Assembly (NCBI RefSeq): GCF_028641065.1
Contig: NC_073379.1
Span: 14,508,001 to 14,572,000, forward strand
Origin: Leucoraja erinacea
Taxonomy: Eukaryota
Length of the DNA stretch: 64,000 nt
Direction of reading: 5' to 3'
The notes under the pieces are model-generated. The model was not told the DNA's origin and did no database searches. It worked only from the letters and a program-made list of their open reading frames with translations. A program made the position numbers and the translations under genes. Shown piece by piece: positions 38,401 to 50,759 of this stretch (position 1 is its first letter; the number at the start of each line of letters is the position of its first letter).

Positions 38401-38832
38401 CTCCGCTTGGTTCGCAATAACCAACCTGATTCCCTCTGCAATAACCAACCTGATTCTCTCTTCTCGGTTCGCAATAACAGACCTGATCTCCCGGTGGCTT
38501 ACCACTTCAACTCCCCCACCCATTCCGAATCCGACCTTTCTCTCCTGGGCCTCCTCCATGGCCAGAGTGAGGACCACTGTAAATTGGAGGAGCAGCACCT
38601 CATATTTCGCTTGGGCAGTTTGCACCCCAGCGGTATGAACATTGACTTCTCTAATTTCAGGTAGTCCCTACTTTCTCCTCCCCTTCTCAGCTCTCCCTCA
38701 GCCCACTGGCTCCACCTCTTCATTTCTTCTTTCGCCCCCCACATCAGTCTGAAGAAGGGTTTCGACTCGAAACATTGCCTATTTCCTTCGCTCCATAGAT
38801 ACTGCCTCATCCGCTGAATTTATCCAGCATTC
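38401..38832 (+). mobile_element. Penelope-like 3' end followed by hammerhead-bearing repeat
   Basis: PDLPVAYHFNSPTHS...KLEEQHLIFRLGSLHPSGMN (GIY-YIG C-terminus), then CTGAAGAAGGGTTTCGACTCGAAAC at 38749. Confidence 0.85.
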
Positions 38833-39843
38833 TGTTTGTTGGCACTGTGCAATGGAGGTGATTGGCAAAAGAACCAAACGTGATGGGGATTTTAAAAAAA
38901 ATGTTTTTTAAACAGTGAGAGACTAGCCTCTGAAAAATACCTGCAAGGGTAGTAGTGAAGGCAGATTAAATTATAACAATCAAGGTGGAACTGGATGAGA
39001 ATAGGAGATAAAATAATCTCTCAGACAAAAGGGGGGGGGGGCAGGGGCATTGGAGCAGGACTTGGTTGATTTCTCTTGTATGGAACGGCACTGACCCTTG
39101 GGCAGGCTAATCTCGTCCTGCAGCATTCTGTAAATCTATCCTATTGATTCTCATGTCTGTGCTAAACAGGATAGCCCCAGTTAATCGAATTTCAGTGCGG
39201 TGTTGCATCTGTGAATCTATTTCGGTTTTGGTAACATCTATATGCACTCTCTATGCTTCAGATATGCATCAACTCTAACACGGTACCATGCAACCGAAGT
39301 TCATGTTAGCCACCATGCACACTGTAGCATTCTGACTGTGTTCAGCAATTCCTTATCCACTAAAATTCAATCTTGTAACACAGGAGGGAGAGATAGATCA
39401 GCCATGATTGAATGGCGGAGTAGACTTGATGGGCCGAATGACCTAATTCTGCTCCTACCACATGACAAAAAAAGTAAAAGTACAACTGAACCATAGTGAG
39501 CAGCTGTAGAGAGTTTCTGTGACAACCAAGTGTCTGTAGAGGACCATGTTATTAAGAAATGAAATGAAGTGAATTTGATATTTAAAGGAAATGGAAATGA
39601 ATGTTCTACTTTAGGTCAATAAAATTACACAAATCTCTCACTTGAATTCATATTCAAGATGGCAGTGTTAGTACTATTAACAATGTGGCAGGGACTGGAG
39701 GCTAATCCCAAATTACTTTGATTCGAATATAACTCTTTTCCATTTTCCTTCATTGCAGCAATTTAAAATTTTCTCAGGGCCACTGTTAGAAATAAACAAA
39801 GTCATTCTTGCTGCTCGATGGAAGTGCGTAACATGTTACCTAC

Positions 39844-39908
39844 CTCCATTCTCTGACTTCTCTGAAATTTCAGGCAGTTTCCATAAGGCCTTCTTCTGTT
39901 CTGGATTC
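39844..39908 (-). CDS. FCHO2: FCHO2 exon (65 nt)
   Basis: attcag|G AAT CCA...GGA G|gtagg encodes NPEQKKALWKLPEISEKSENGG, phase 2-1. Confidence 0.93.
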
Positions 39909-40158
39909 CTGAATCAGAGTTCACAAGGAAAGCACAATAATATTGTAATATTTAAATACCTATTCCAACTTTATTATATAGTATATTATACAGAAAATTA
40001 CACCACTCCCCCCATTGCAGTGTTTTTGGTCCAACTATTCGCACACCCATTTCAATTCTAATACAATATTTTATTACGGTAAAAAGCATTAAAATATTCT
40101 CTTTCTGATAGCACAATTTTCTTAACCCGAAGATAAAATATTTGAACTTCTTAATTAC

Positions 40159-40358
40159 CAGGTGGCAGTAGGCAGTGACTGCATGCAGGTGACTCCACCA
40201 TCAACTGGCATCAAAATCTGGACATTTGATAGTACAGAGGGAGCTACCATTGCCTCAGGGTTATACTTGTAGTCTACTCGAATATCTGTAGTGGTAAGAC
40301 TGCACTTCCAGTAGGTAGCTAAGTTTAGTGGTGTTGACTGAATACCATTTGAGGACAC
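40159..40358 (-). CDS. FCHO2: FCHO2 exon (200 nt)
   Basis: [67 protein letters not shown]; AG/GT boundaries, phase 0-2. Confidence 0.96.
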
Positions 40359-40889
40359 CTGTGTTAGAGATGGAAGAGAGAGCATTGAAAGTCCTGGTGG
40401 AATAAATATTTAACACTTACACCAACTTGTTTGTAGAAGTTATGAGGTGAGAACTAATTATCCAATTAACATCCAAAAAGAGCAGCAATCTTACATACAG
40501 ACTGAGTGAAAAGCATTTTTCAGGTAACCGATACATCAAAAAATTTGAATGCAGCTTCAAGATTGGCACTTTGGGGTAATACCCCAAAGACAAGCTGGTT
40601 GATTAATTGGCTACTGTAAGTTGTCTCTGAATCCCGACTAAAGATCTCATATTTTCACAGGTTCAAGTGGCAAAACTTATTTTGGACATAAGCTCCATCC
40701 AAATAAGAGGATTGCAATTGTATAAAATTATTGACTGTTCTCTAGAAACTAGCGCCACTGACACAATCCACCACTCATGTCTGATGTTGGGGATGGGGCA
40801 GGTCATGTGTGCAAGGGATTTCACCAGCAATGGTGTGCAATGGGGGATGGTGAAGGGAAAGATATTTTAACTCATTATGTTGGGATGCT

Positions 40890-41165
40890 GTTTAGTTTAG
40901 ATACAGGACAGAAACAGGCCTTTTGGCCCACTGAGTTCAAGCTGGCCAGCGATCCCCGTACACTAGCACTATCCTGTACACTAGGGACAATTTACAATCT
41001 TTACCGACGCCAATTAACCTACAAACCTGTACGTCTTTGGAGTGTGGGAGGAAACCAGGAAAAACCCACATGGTCACAGGGAGAACCTACAAACTCTGTG
41101 CAGACAGCACCCGTAGTCAGGATCGAACCTGGGTCTCAGGCAGCAATTCTACCGCTGCACCACTG
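40890..41165 (-). mobile_element. tRNA-derived SINE
   Basis: Same family as 24488. Confidence 0.8.
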
Positions 41166-41444
41166 TGTAAAGTAAGAAAATGGCGCACATGAATAAGCTG
41201 GGCGCAGGCTGGCATGAACGGCATTAACAAACGAGGATCTGTTTTATTTGACAACTCAATACTTTCAGGGACACTGAGAGCATTAAAAAAAATTGAAATT
41301 GCAGCCCGGCTGTCTGACGAAGATTTTCTCAGGGAAGATTCATGGGTGGGGGTAGTTCCGGGTTGCTCATTTAACCCAATTATGTTGCACAAGGCCCTGA
41401 TACCTTGACGGCCCTCGCAGACCACAACTAGTAGATTTTTGCAT

Positions 41445-41731
41445 AGCACGGTGGCGTACTGGTAGAGTTGCTACCTTACTGCGCCAGAGACACGGGTTTG
41501 ATTCTGACTACGCTCTCTGTACGGAGTTTGTACGTTCTCCCCGCGACCTACGAGGGTTTTCTCTGGGTGCTCTGGTTTATCCAAAGACGTACAGCTTTGT
41601 AGGCTAATTGGTTTAGTATAATTATAAATAGTCCCTAGTGTGTGGAGGATAATATATGGGGATCGCTGGTCGGCATGGACTCGGTGGGCCGAAGGGCCTG
41701 TTTCTGCGCTATATCTCTAAGCTAAACTAAA
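41445..41731 (+). mobile_element. tRNA-derived SINE
   Basis: Same family; inverted relative to the 40890 copy. Confidence 0.8.
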
Positions 41732-41823
41732 AGTTCATTTTTACGGATACTTGTGAGTTAATTGCAGGACAATTGAGAATGTCCTCCTCCTTGTACTCTG
41801 CAGGCATTCTCCTTGAATGATCA

Positions 41824-42530
41824 CCAGGGGCGCAGAACGATTGGCAGCCCCCGCCAACAGTCTTTGTTTTTTCTTTAAAAAAACAAAATTATTATTTATT
41901 TTTAGTTTGGTTTTATAAGTCCGTGTAAATGTTCTCCGGTTTGTTTTATGTGGGGGGAGGTCGGAGGAAACTTTTTTTTCAGTTTCTTATTTTGCCAGAG
42001 ACGCAATGTTTTCCGGGTCGTGTCTCCGGTCACTCTGTGGCCTATCATCGATGGAGCTGGAGGCTTCCTCGGACTGACTTTGGGCCCCACCGTGGGGCAC
42101 GGACTTAACATCGGAGCCGATCCCTTGCCTGAGATCGCTCCAACCGCGTGGCCTGCAGACTTACTGTAGCTTCGCAGTCGGGATGGGCTTGTCCGGCCCG
42201 GCACGGGGGAGCTGACATCCCCCCGATGCAGCTGGATCGCCCCGACGCGGAGGGCCCAAAACACCGTCGGCTACGGGTGTCAAGAGCGTCCCGTCTCGAG
42301 GGCCCCCACCGCAGAAGAACAAAGGGAAGAGATTGAACACTTCGCTTTCCATCACAGTGAGGTATGTGGAGGAGTCACTGTGGTGGATGTTTATGTTAAA
42401 ATGTGTTTTGTGTGTTCTGTTGCTTTTTATTTGTGTGACTGACTTGGCAAATGAAATTCCTCGTATGTTGCAAAACATACTTGGCTAATAAAGTATTATT
42501 GTGGTTGTGATTGATTGTGTGATTGTCATT
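41824..42530 (+). mobile_element. Unclassified non-autonomous retroelement with L2/Rex-like tail
   Basis: 5' part recurs at about 54908-55102; tail AAATTCCTCGTATG...TACTTGGCTAATAAAG resembles 33545-33585. Confidence 0.55.
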
Positions 42531-43112
42531 CACTAACCTTTACCATTGTCTTTCAGCCAGCACCTCCAACACATGATTCAATCTATCCTGTTCTTCACCC
42601 AATCTTAAACGTTTCTTTATGCTTGCTTTGCCCTTTATCTTTCTTTTCACCTTTAAACTTATTTTATTTCCAGCTTGTCCAAGTTCTGGTAAAATGTCAT
42701 TGACTCTATTTTTCTTTCCATAATTGGTAAGTATTTCCAGAGATTTTACTTCAAATTTCCAGTATCAACAATGTCTCCTGCCCCATCCCCTCCAACCTCC
42801 AAATAGTCACTGAACCACTGACCTGAGAAAGTCTAGGGTCACACTCAGAAATTGTACATCTTGTCATACATTTTTGCATTTCTGCCAAAAAAAACCTCAC
42901 TGGATCAGGATCAGTGAGTTGCACTAACCTCCATAAAGCGGGAGATTCCATCTCCTGATACAATGTATGACCCTGTTGACAATGTATTGACCCTGTTGTC
43001 AAGCGGGCATCTAGAAGGTGACAGCTGAATGATCAGCAAACTACTTCAGTTAAATAGACCTCATCTGAATAAAATGAAGACAAACCCCAGGCAGTTATTC
43101 CGTCTGTTGTAC

Positions 43113-43245
43113 CTGATATTTCATGATATCCACATTATAGTAGGAAGAAGATGGATTCTGTTCAGCCAGTTTCTTGAGGTAGGCAGTGAGCGTTTGCATG
43201 TTCATCCAAAAGTCCTTTGTGTTGGAGTCGCACTGTGATGGATCA
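43113..43245 (-). CDS. FCHO2: FCHO2 exon (133 nt)
   Basis: [45 protein letters not shown]; polypyrimidine acceptor, GT donor, phase 2-0. Confidence 0.95.
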
Positions 43246-43269
43246 CTGAGAGAAGAAAAATACAGCACT

Positions 43270-45050
43270 TTAGATAGGTCTGATCACCACAGGTATCTAG
43301 AGTAATTATAGATATTGAAAATATACCTGAGATGATGAAAAGACAAATAAGACAAAGGGGAGAAAGAATGGTGGTTTAACATAAAAATGATCCCAAAAAC
43401 CACCTACAGATATGTGAAAAGTAAGAAGATGGAAGGGATCGGATTTGCAATCAAAAAAGTATGTGGAGAAGCAGAGTGCATAGATAAAACAGTCAAAACC
43501 GCTGTGCATCAGTCTTTATCAAGGAAGATGATAGCAAAATCTTGTAAAAGCACAGGCAAAATACATAATGGGGTAAAAACTCACAAACAGCTTCAGAAAG
43601 GCTTGATTTGCATAAAATGAATAAATAACCTGATTCAGAGAGGATGTATCTTGTGTTGCTGAGGGATGCTGGGATAGAGATTATAGCAGGGCTTACTTCT
43701 GGTAGACAGAAGCTCCATCAGAACAAAAGCACAATCTTTCATTCCTCTCCAGGAGGGCAGGCAGATGATTGGAGAAAGACAAATGCAACACACTTGTTCA
43801 ATAAGGCGTGGAATGGCATTCCAGGCAACTGGAAGCTCATCAATTTAATCTCAATGATGCAAACAGTTTAGAAGTAATTATCTTGGAAAAGTCCAAGGCA
43901 CTTGAAAAAGAACGTTAAGAAAGGATAATAAGTAATGATGTGTTAAAGATAAAGCATGTCCGACTGGACCTGACTGAATTTCTTGATAAAATAACAAAAA
44001 AGACTGTTGAGGTGAAGTAGTAGATGTTATCTCTAGAGTTTCTGAAGGCATTTGGCAAAGCAACATAAAATGTGAAGTCCTTGGAATAGAGGAGTCAAGT
44101 AAACTTGAATAAAAATGGGCTAAAGGACAGAAATCTGCAAATTGTAGGAAATTAATGATTTTATAGATTGGATAAAGACAGTGATGTTGTGCTGGAATTT
44201 AGAGATACTGCCCTTTTTACTTACATATAAATGACATGAAATTATTAATTTGCAGACAAAACCAAACCTGGAGAGGTGGTAAACAATGAGAAGCAGACTG
44301 TAAGTCCTCAGAATGGACAGAGAAGTATGAAGTGATTAAAATCATCAGGCAAAATGAGGAGAGACAGTACTGGTTTAATGGCAGTTCTAAAATAATGCGG
44401 GAACAAGCGTATCTGGGTTTAAATGTGCATAAATCTTTGCATAAGTTTGAAGAAGGGTCTCGACCCGAAACGTCACCTATTCCTTCACTCCATAGACGCT
44501 GCCTCACCCGCTGAGTTTCTCCAGCATTTTTATCTACCATAAATCTTTGACAAGGTGATCAGTTACATTGATTGGATCTGCGCTTTATAAGCAGAGGCTT
44601 GGGGTACAAAAGCATATAGGTTATGTTGAATCTTTATAAAACACTGATCATGCTATAAATGGAATACTAGGTCCAGGTCCAAGAGTGTGCGCATAAAAGA
44701 TTTCCAGGAATGAAGGGTTTGGCCAGTTTGGGGGAAAATTGGATTGCTTTCTTCAGAGCAACAAAAGTTGAAAGGAAATTTGACAGATCACAAGTCATTT
44801 ATGTAGGCATATTATGTATAATTTGTTTATACTAACAAATGGGTCAAGAATCTTGAGGACACAATTTAAAAAGATACAAGGTAAGATGGTGATCTGGAAT
44901 TCACTGCCTATAAAGGGTGGTGGCAAACAACAAATCGAAAATTTGTGAAACTTGTTGAAATTAAAAACATTATCGTTATTGGTTATGGGGATATTGAGGA
45001 GTTTTAGACAGTTCAGAAAGACGACTGTGGGCAGATCAAATCCTACTCTA
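43270..45050 (+). mobile_element. Highly decayed CR1-type LINE with a nested hammerhead-type repeat (44446-44538)
   Basis: Remnant ORF2 motifs in collinear order. Confidence 0.6.
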
Positions 45051-45815
45051 ATTTCTGCTGACAAATAATGAGTAGCAGACAGAAGAGGCAGTGTAAAATG
45101 TCCAGGGGCTGGCATATATGCTATCACCATATGAAGGGCTTATTGAGAAAGAGGGAGAAATTATTATGGGAATATCGAATAAGATACAGCAAGAATGAAA
45201 ACCTGAACTGGAAGTATTGGACTATGCCCACCAGTGTAACTCAAATTGAAGTCTGTTCTCTACAATTAGACTATTGTATAACAAGCAATGATGATAATAC
45301 ATACAAAGTAATAAATAGGTGACATTGAAATTTCAAACTCAATTTTAATAAAAGGTGCAGAGAAGAAACCCAGTGAGTCTCCAGGATTTAGTTTGGTTCA
45401 TAATTCAATGCAAGATCCTCCAATAATTTAGAATACCATCGTATACACAAGAATATTTAAAATGACATTTAATTTGGAATTAAAACAAATAAAAACTGCA
45501 GATGGTGGAAATTTGAAATAAAAAGTAGTTGTTTCAGGTCAATAGAAGTACAAGGCACAAAGTGCTGGAGTAACTCAGCAAGTCAGGCAGCATCGCTAGA
45601 GAACAAGGATTGGTGACATTTCAGATCGGGACACTTCTTCTGACTTTAGCAGGTGAGAATCTCCCTATTGAGCCAGGTTGGCACTTAATTTCACACGATC
45701 TAATTCTTATCCATAACAAACTGCATATAATAATCTGTTTACTCAACAGATGAAAATAAACTCCCATATTTTAATTTATTTTTCATTTCCAGGGCACACA
45801 GTATGAAGAGATTAC

Positions 45816-45971
45816 CTATACACAAGCTGTGCATTTGGAAGAATTTGCTCAAATTTGCTGGTGTTCCGTATCCTGAAGCTTAGCACAGCGGGTGATGGAT
45901 TGCTGGTAAAAACTTTAATTATGCCACTTGGAAAGGACATGGTCATATCCCCAGTGATTTTAACTATGCAC
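45816..45971 (-). CDS. FCHO2: FCHO2 exon (156 nt)
   Basis: [51 protein letters not shown]; phase 2-2. Confidence 0.96.
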
Positions 45972-46342
45972 CTGCAGAAGCACAAAATTAAACAGCAACT
46001 GATTTTATAGTTATCAAAGAATATTAAACATAATTTATTTTAAACAGAAACCAATCATTTAATTTCTAATAATTTAGGCTTTTAACTGGCATACATAGTG
46101 ATACCGCACCGAAGGCAGTGAGATTCATATCATAACTATTCACTCAGTAAATAAAATCCTCGCATTACCTTCATATCTCCCATCCAATATGTTATATTTG
46201 TGGTCAATAGTCCTTCAGTCAATCACTGCTGGAATAGCTTCCCTCTATTTAGACTATCTAAATAACATGATTTAAAACAAAAGCACAAAGTGCTGGTGTA
46301 ACTCAGCATGTCCAGTAGCATCTTTGGAGGACATGGATAGGT

Positions 46343-46370
46343 GACGTTTCGGGTCTGGACCCATCTTCAG
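46343..46370 (-). ncRNA. Minimal hammerhead ribozyme motif
   Basis: Minus strand CTGAAGA-T-GGGTC-CA-GACCC-GAAA-CGTC: intact core with a GUC triplet. Confidence 0.72.
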
Positions 46371-47653
46371 ACTCTGATCCCACCAAAAAATTCTCGGGAA
46401 ACGTCTTCCAGAGAAGCTGCCTGATCCACTGAGTCATTCCAGCACTTTTTGTTTCTGTTTTGTAAACCAGCATCCGCAGCTCCTTGTGTCTAACTCATGA
46501 TCTTCTCGTCCTTCATTAAGTTGCCTCTCAACCTCCTCGACTCCATGGAGAACAATCCTAGTTTCTTGATCCATTCTAGCAACTCTTTTTTGCTCGCTCT
46601 CTGGGATCTTTGCACCCTTCCTGACCACAATTGAACACAATATTCCACTTGTGACCCGATTACAGAACCAACTTTAATTCCTAGCTTTTGTACACACTGA
46701 CAACTGGGAAGCAGCTGCTGAAGACCGGGGGAGGTGGTGAAAGGACCTCAAGGTGGGTATGATGCACCACAACAAAACCCTGGTGGCTAGGCGTCAACAG
46801 CAACAGCAGCACACTCCCCAATCCAATGGCCAGAGACAACTTCACCTGTGGAAGCTATGGGAGGGTATGCTTGTGAAGGATAGGCCGAGTCAGACACAGC
46901 AGGAAATCCAACCAGAGACGAAACATTCCCTTCTCCAAGCAGGACAAAGTCAAAGTCGCACCATCATCTCTCGCAAATGGGCGGATGGCAACTACTGTAC
47001 ACCATGCCTTTATTTATAAATCTCATATACTTTAACTGTTCTCCCACTACATCCTGCCACATTCACAAGTTTATACACATGAATGCCAGTCAATCTTTGG
47101 CTTCCTTAACCCAAGAATATTTAAACCAAACAATGTTAATAGTTTCTAATCGCAAAGCACTCAGAAATAAAGGAATAAATAGACGTGCAAGAATGATAAC
47201 AATTCAAGAATGCTGATCACAAAATAGGTAGGCTCAGTTTAAGAATAGAAAGAATAAAGAGACAAAGATAAGAGTGCAGGATTGGCGAGACACAAAGTTC
47301 AAAAAGATAGAGAAGGACCAAATTAACTGTGCAGACAAGTTAGCCAAGAGGTAAACAGATCATGTAACATCACTAAAAATAATTGGGGTTCTTGTGCTCT
47401 ACAACCTCTCTTGTGCTTTTGACAGCAACAACCGTCCTCTCCTCCTCCAATACCTCAGATCCGTCATTCACTCAATGCGTTTACCCTTGTTTGACTCTTT
47501 TTTTTTTTAACTGAAAGATCCACCATGAAAACAGGCCCTTCAGCCAACAACGTCCATGCTGCCCATCGATCACCTATTCACACTGGTTCTACTTTATCGC
47601 ACGGTCACATCCATTCTCTGCACACTTGGGGCAATCTCTAGCTGCCAATTAAC

Positions 47654-48165
47654 ATAGAAACATAGAAAATAGGTGCAGGAGTAGGCCATTCGGCCCTTCG
47701 AGCCTGCACCGCCATTCAATATGATCATGGCTGATCATCCAACTCAGTATCCCGTACCTGCCATCTCTTCATACCCCCTGCTCCCTTTAGCCACAAGGGC
47801 CACATCTAACTCCATCTTAAATATAGCCAATGAACTGGCCTCAACTACTTTCTGTGGCAGAGAATTCCACAGATTCACCAGTCTCTGTGTGAAAAATGTT
47901 TTCTCATCTCAGTCTTAAAAGATTTCCCCCTTATCCTTAAACTGTGACCCCTTGTTCTGGACTTCCCCAACATCGGGAACAATCATCCTGCATCTCGCCT
48001 GTCCAACCCTTTAAGAATTTTGTAAGTTTCTATAAGATCCCCCCTCAATCTTCTAAATTCTAGCGAGTACAAGCCGAGTCTATCCAGTCTTTCTTCATAT
48101 GAAAGTCCTGACATCCCACAAATCAGTCTGGTGAACCTTCTCTGTACTCCCTCTATGGCAAGAAT
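47654..48165 (-). mobile_element. CR1-type LINE 3' fragment nested in a SINE (47520-48345)
   Basis: SINE halves lie on either side; AATTAAC is duplicated at both junctions. Confidence 0.85.
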
Positions 48166-49169
48166 ACAAACTCTAATTAACCTACAAACGCACATGTCTT
48201 TGTGATGTGGGAGGAAACTGGAGCACCCAGCGGAAACCCATGCAACCACAGGGAGAACTTGCAGACTCCACACAGACATCACCTAATGTCAGAATCCAAC
48301 CTGGGTCTCTGGCACTGTGAGGCACCAATGCTACCAGCTGCGCCAGCTGTTGGACCACTCTATTGCATCGAGTTCTGGTTACCATTTTACAGGAAAGATG
48401 TAATTACAGTGGGGAGTGCAGAGGAGGTTTACTATGTTGTTGCCTGACTGGAAAATGGCAGCTATGGGGAAATATTGAATACTGGGTTAGAGTTGCTTTT
48501 TTGGAGCAATGAAGGATGAGAGGTCTAATTAAGATGAATAAGATTGTGAGGCGATTATTTCTCTTAGTAGCAGGGCCAGAAGCTAGTGAGAAGAGATTGA
48601 ACTAAATTAGAGAAATAATTTAAGGAGGTTAGACAGGAAATTATGAAAGGTTTTCTTCACCTTTTGGTTGTAAATTCACTGAGACTTATACATGAAAAAC
48701 TATGTGAGGCCAGGGAGCAAGTGTTGAAAAATGGATTAGGCCGAGTAATTTTTTCTTGATTAGTAAAGCTGATTAGCCTTGACCAACCACAGATATGTAA
48801 AGGTCTTCTTCTGTATGATACATTTTCTGATTCCTAATCTTCAAATACTAGTCTCACCTTTTTATCATCATATTGCTCTATGGTAACTTCATGCGAGTAT
48901 TGAAGTCAATGTACACATGTATACCAATGCAAACTGGTTATTACTCTGCCTCCACTCTCTGCCAGACCACTTGTGTGCAATTTCCTTAAGCAAAACATTA
49001 CAATGACCTAATATTTAATGTGCCAACAAATGAGCCACTGCTGATCATAGTCTCTATCACTGTCTTGAGCCCATTTAGCCGATGCTGCCATACACAATTG
49101 AGATAGTGTTCCTGTATCATCAACACTATCTTCCCAATTAGATATTAAATTGTAGTTTTATCTAATCCT

Positions 49170-49400
49170 GCAGATGGGCAGAAAAGATCTCAAAAACAGT
49201 ATTTCAAAGACGAACAGAGGAGTTAGCCTTCGTGCTTTGGTTAATATTTACCCTTCCTTGCCTTTAACGTGAGCTGAATGAACACAAATTGGCTGCATCA
49301 TTTCTTAAATAAGAACATTGTCTCATTCCAAAAAATATTGATTTTTCTATAAAACACTTCTCTAACATCCCGTGACTGTGAAAGGTGCAACATAAAATAT
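49170..49400 (+). mobile_element. Ancient Deu-domain SINE remnant (SacSINE1/AmnSINE1-like)
   Basis: gaacagaggagtt...aatatttaccctt...cacaaattggctgc...gtgaaaggtgcaacataaa resembles the remembered DeuSINE consensus. Confidence 0.55.
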
Positions 49401-50759
49401 TTTTGTGAGCCATCTTCGTTAGTTTTCATTAAGAATTTCATGCCCTGTCTTCTGCTCCATCCCTTTCCTGCAACATCTCAAACTGAAATAGCCCATTCAC
49501 ATCTACTAAGCCCTGAACTGTGGTTCCAGGCTCATTCTAAGAACCATGTAATTCCACTACCATTATGTCACCTTCCTTCACCATTACCTGAAGGTCACCT
49601 GCTTCAATACCTTTTGATACTCTAACACCTTCTTAGGCACCCTCCATAAAGCTTAGATTATTTAAAGTTCATATAATCTATTTACTCCGATTTACATATC
49701 ATCTCCCCTCACTAATGCATGTCACTTCACTTTGTTCCTCTTATCTCAGCTTCAAAAGTCTTATCCTTTCTCTAAATCTTTGGATGGCTTGCCTCACCTT
49801 ACATCTTAAACCTGTATTATAATGACTGATGCTGAGACATTGGTGCATCAGATCTACTTAAGGAAATATGCATTAAAATAGGATCGAAATATTTCCACCA
49901 GATTTAGTGGACTACAAAGATAGAGCTATGAATTAAAAAAAATTATTGTGGGTATGCTTAGAACAAAATGTTCATATCAGCAACACAAAACAACGTTTAG
50001 TTATTTTCTCCTATAATGAAAATAGAAAATGCTGCAAACATAAATTAGTCCGGCAGAATCGGTGGAAGGAGTAACAGTGTTAACATTTCAAGATGGAGAA
50101 CATTCATCAGAAAGAGAGAAAACAAGTTAATTTTAAATTGCAGAAAAAGTGGTCAGCAAAGAATAAGAACAAGTTCTCTGAAAGATAAGGCCAGGGTTGC
50201 TGTGGGGATAGGGGATAGATCGAGTCATTCTGTTGATAGGTTAATTGGGGCATTTGGTGAATGAGAGAGCATAAACAAAGAATGTAAAAACCTCAAAATG
50301 GAGAGCTGTAGGAAATGCCTAATAGATCAAGTGGTTCTATTGGAGTGAGAAAAAAGGTAATATGACAACAGAACTTTTATTCAGCTGTATTTTGCACCTT
50401 GTACGGTATCCCTATCAGAGGTATTTTCTTTATTCTATCTATTCCTTCTCTGCAATTTAAAATTAACCTGTGCTCTCTTTCCCAATTCTCTAACCTGAAT
50501 TATTAACGTCATTGGTCATTTCACAGCCTGACTATGAGTATTTTGATTTTTTCTAGAGTATTTTGATTTTTTCTAATTTTATAACAGATTTCCAGCATTT
50601 GCATATCTTTAAAATAATTATTTATTTCACTTTGCACAAAGAGGTTTGTCCCCAATTTTCTTCCCCTTCCATCTGATAAAAACAGTGTGCTGGTGTAACT
50701 CAGCTGGTCAGGTAGCATCTATGGAGGTAATGGCTAGATGACATTTCAGATATGTAGAG

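Noticed and set aside
38191-38664. 157-aa ORF
   Set aside because: Chance read-through of the antisense exon copy into a Penelope GIY-YIG fragment.
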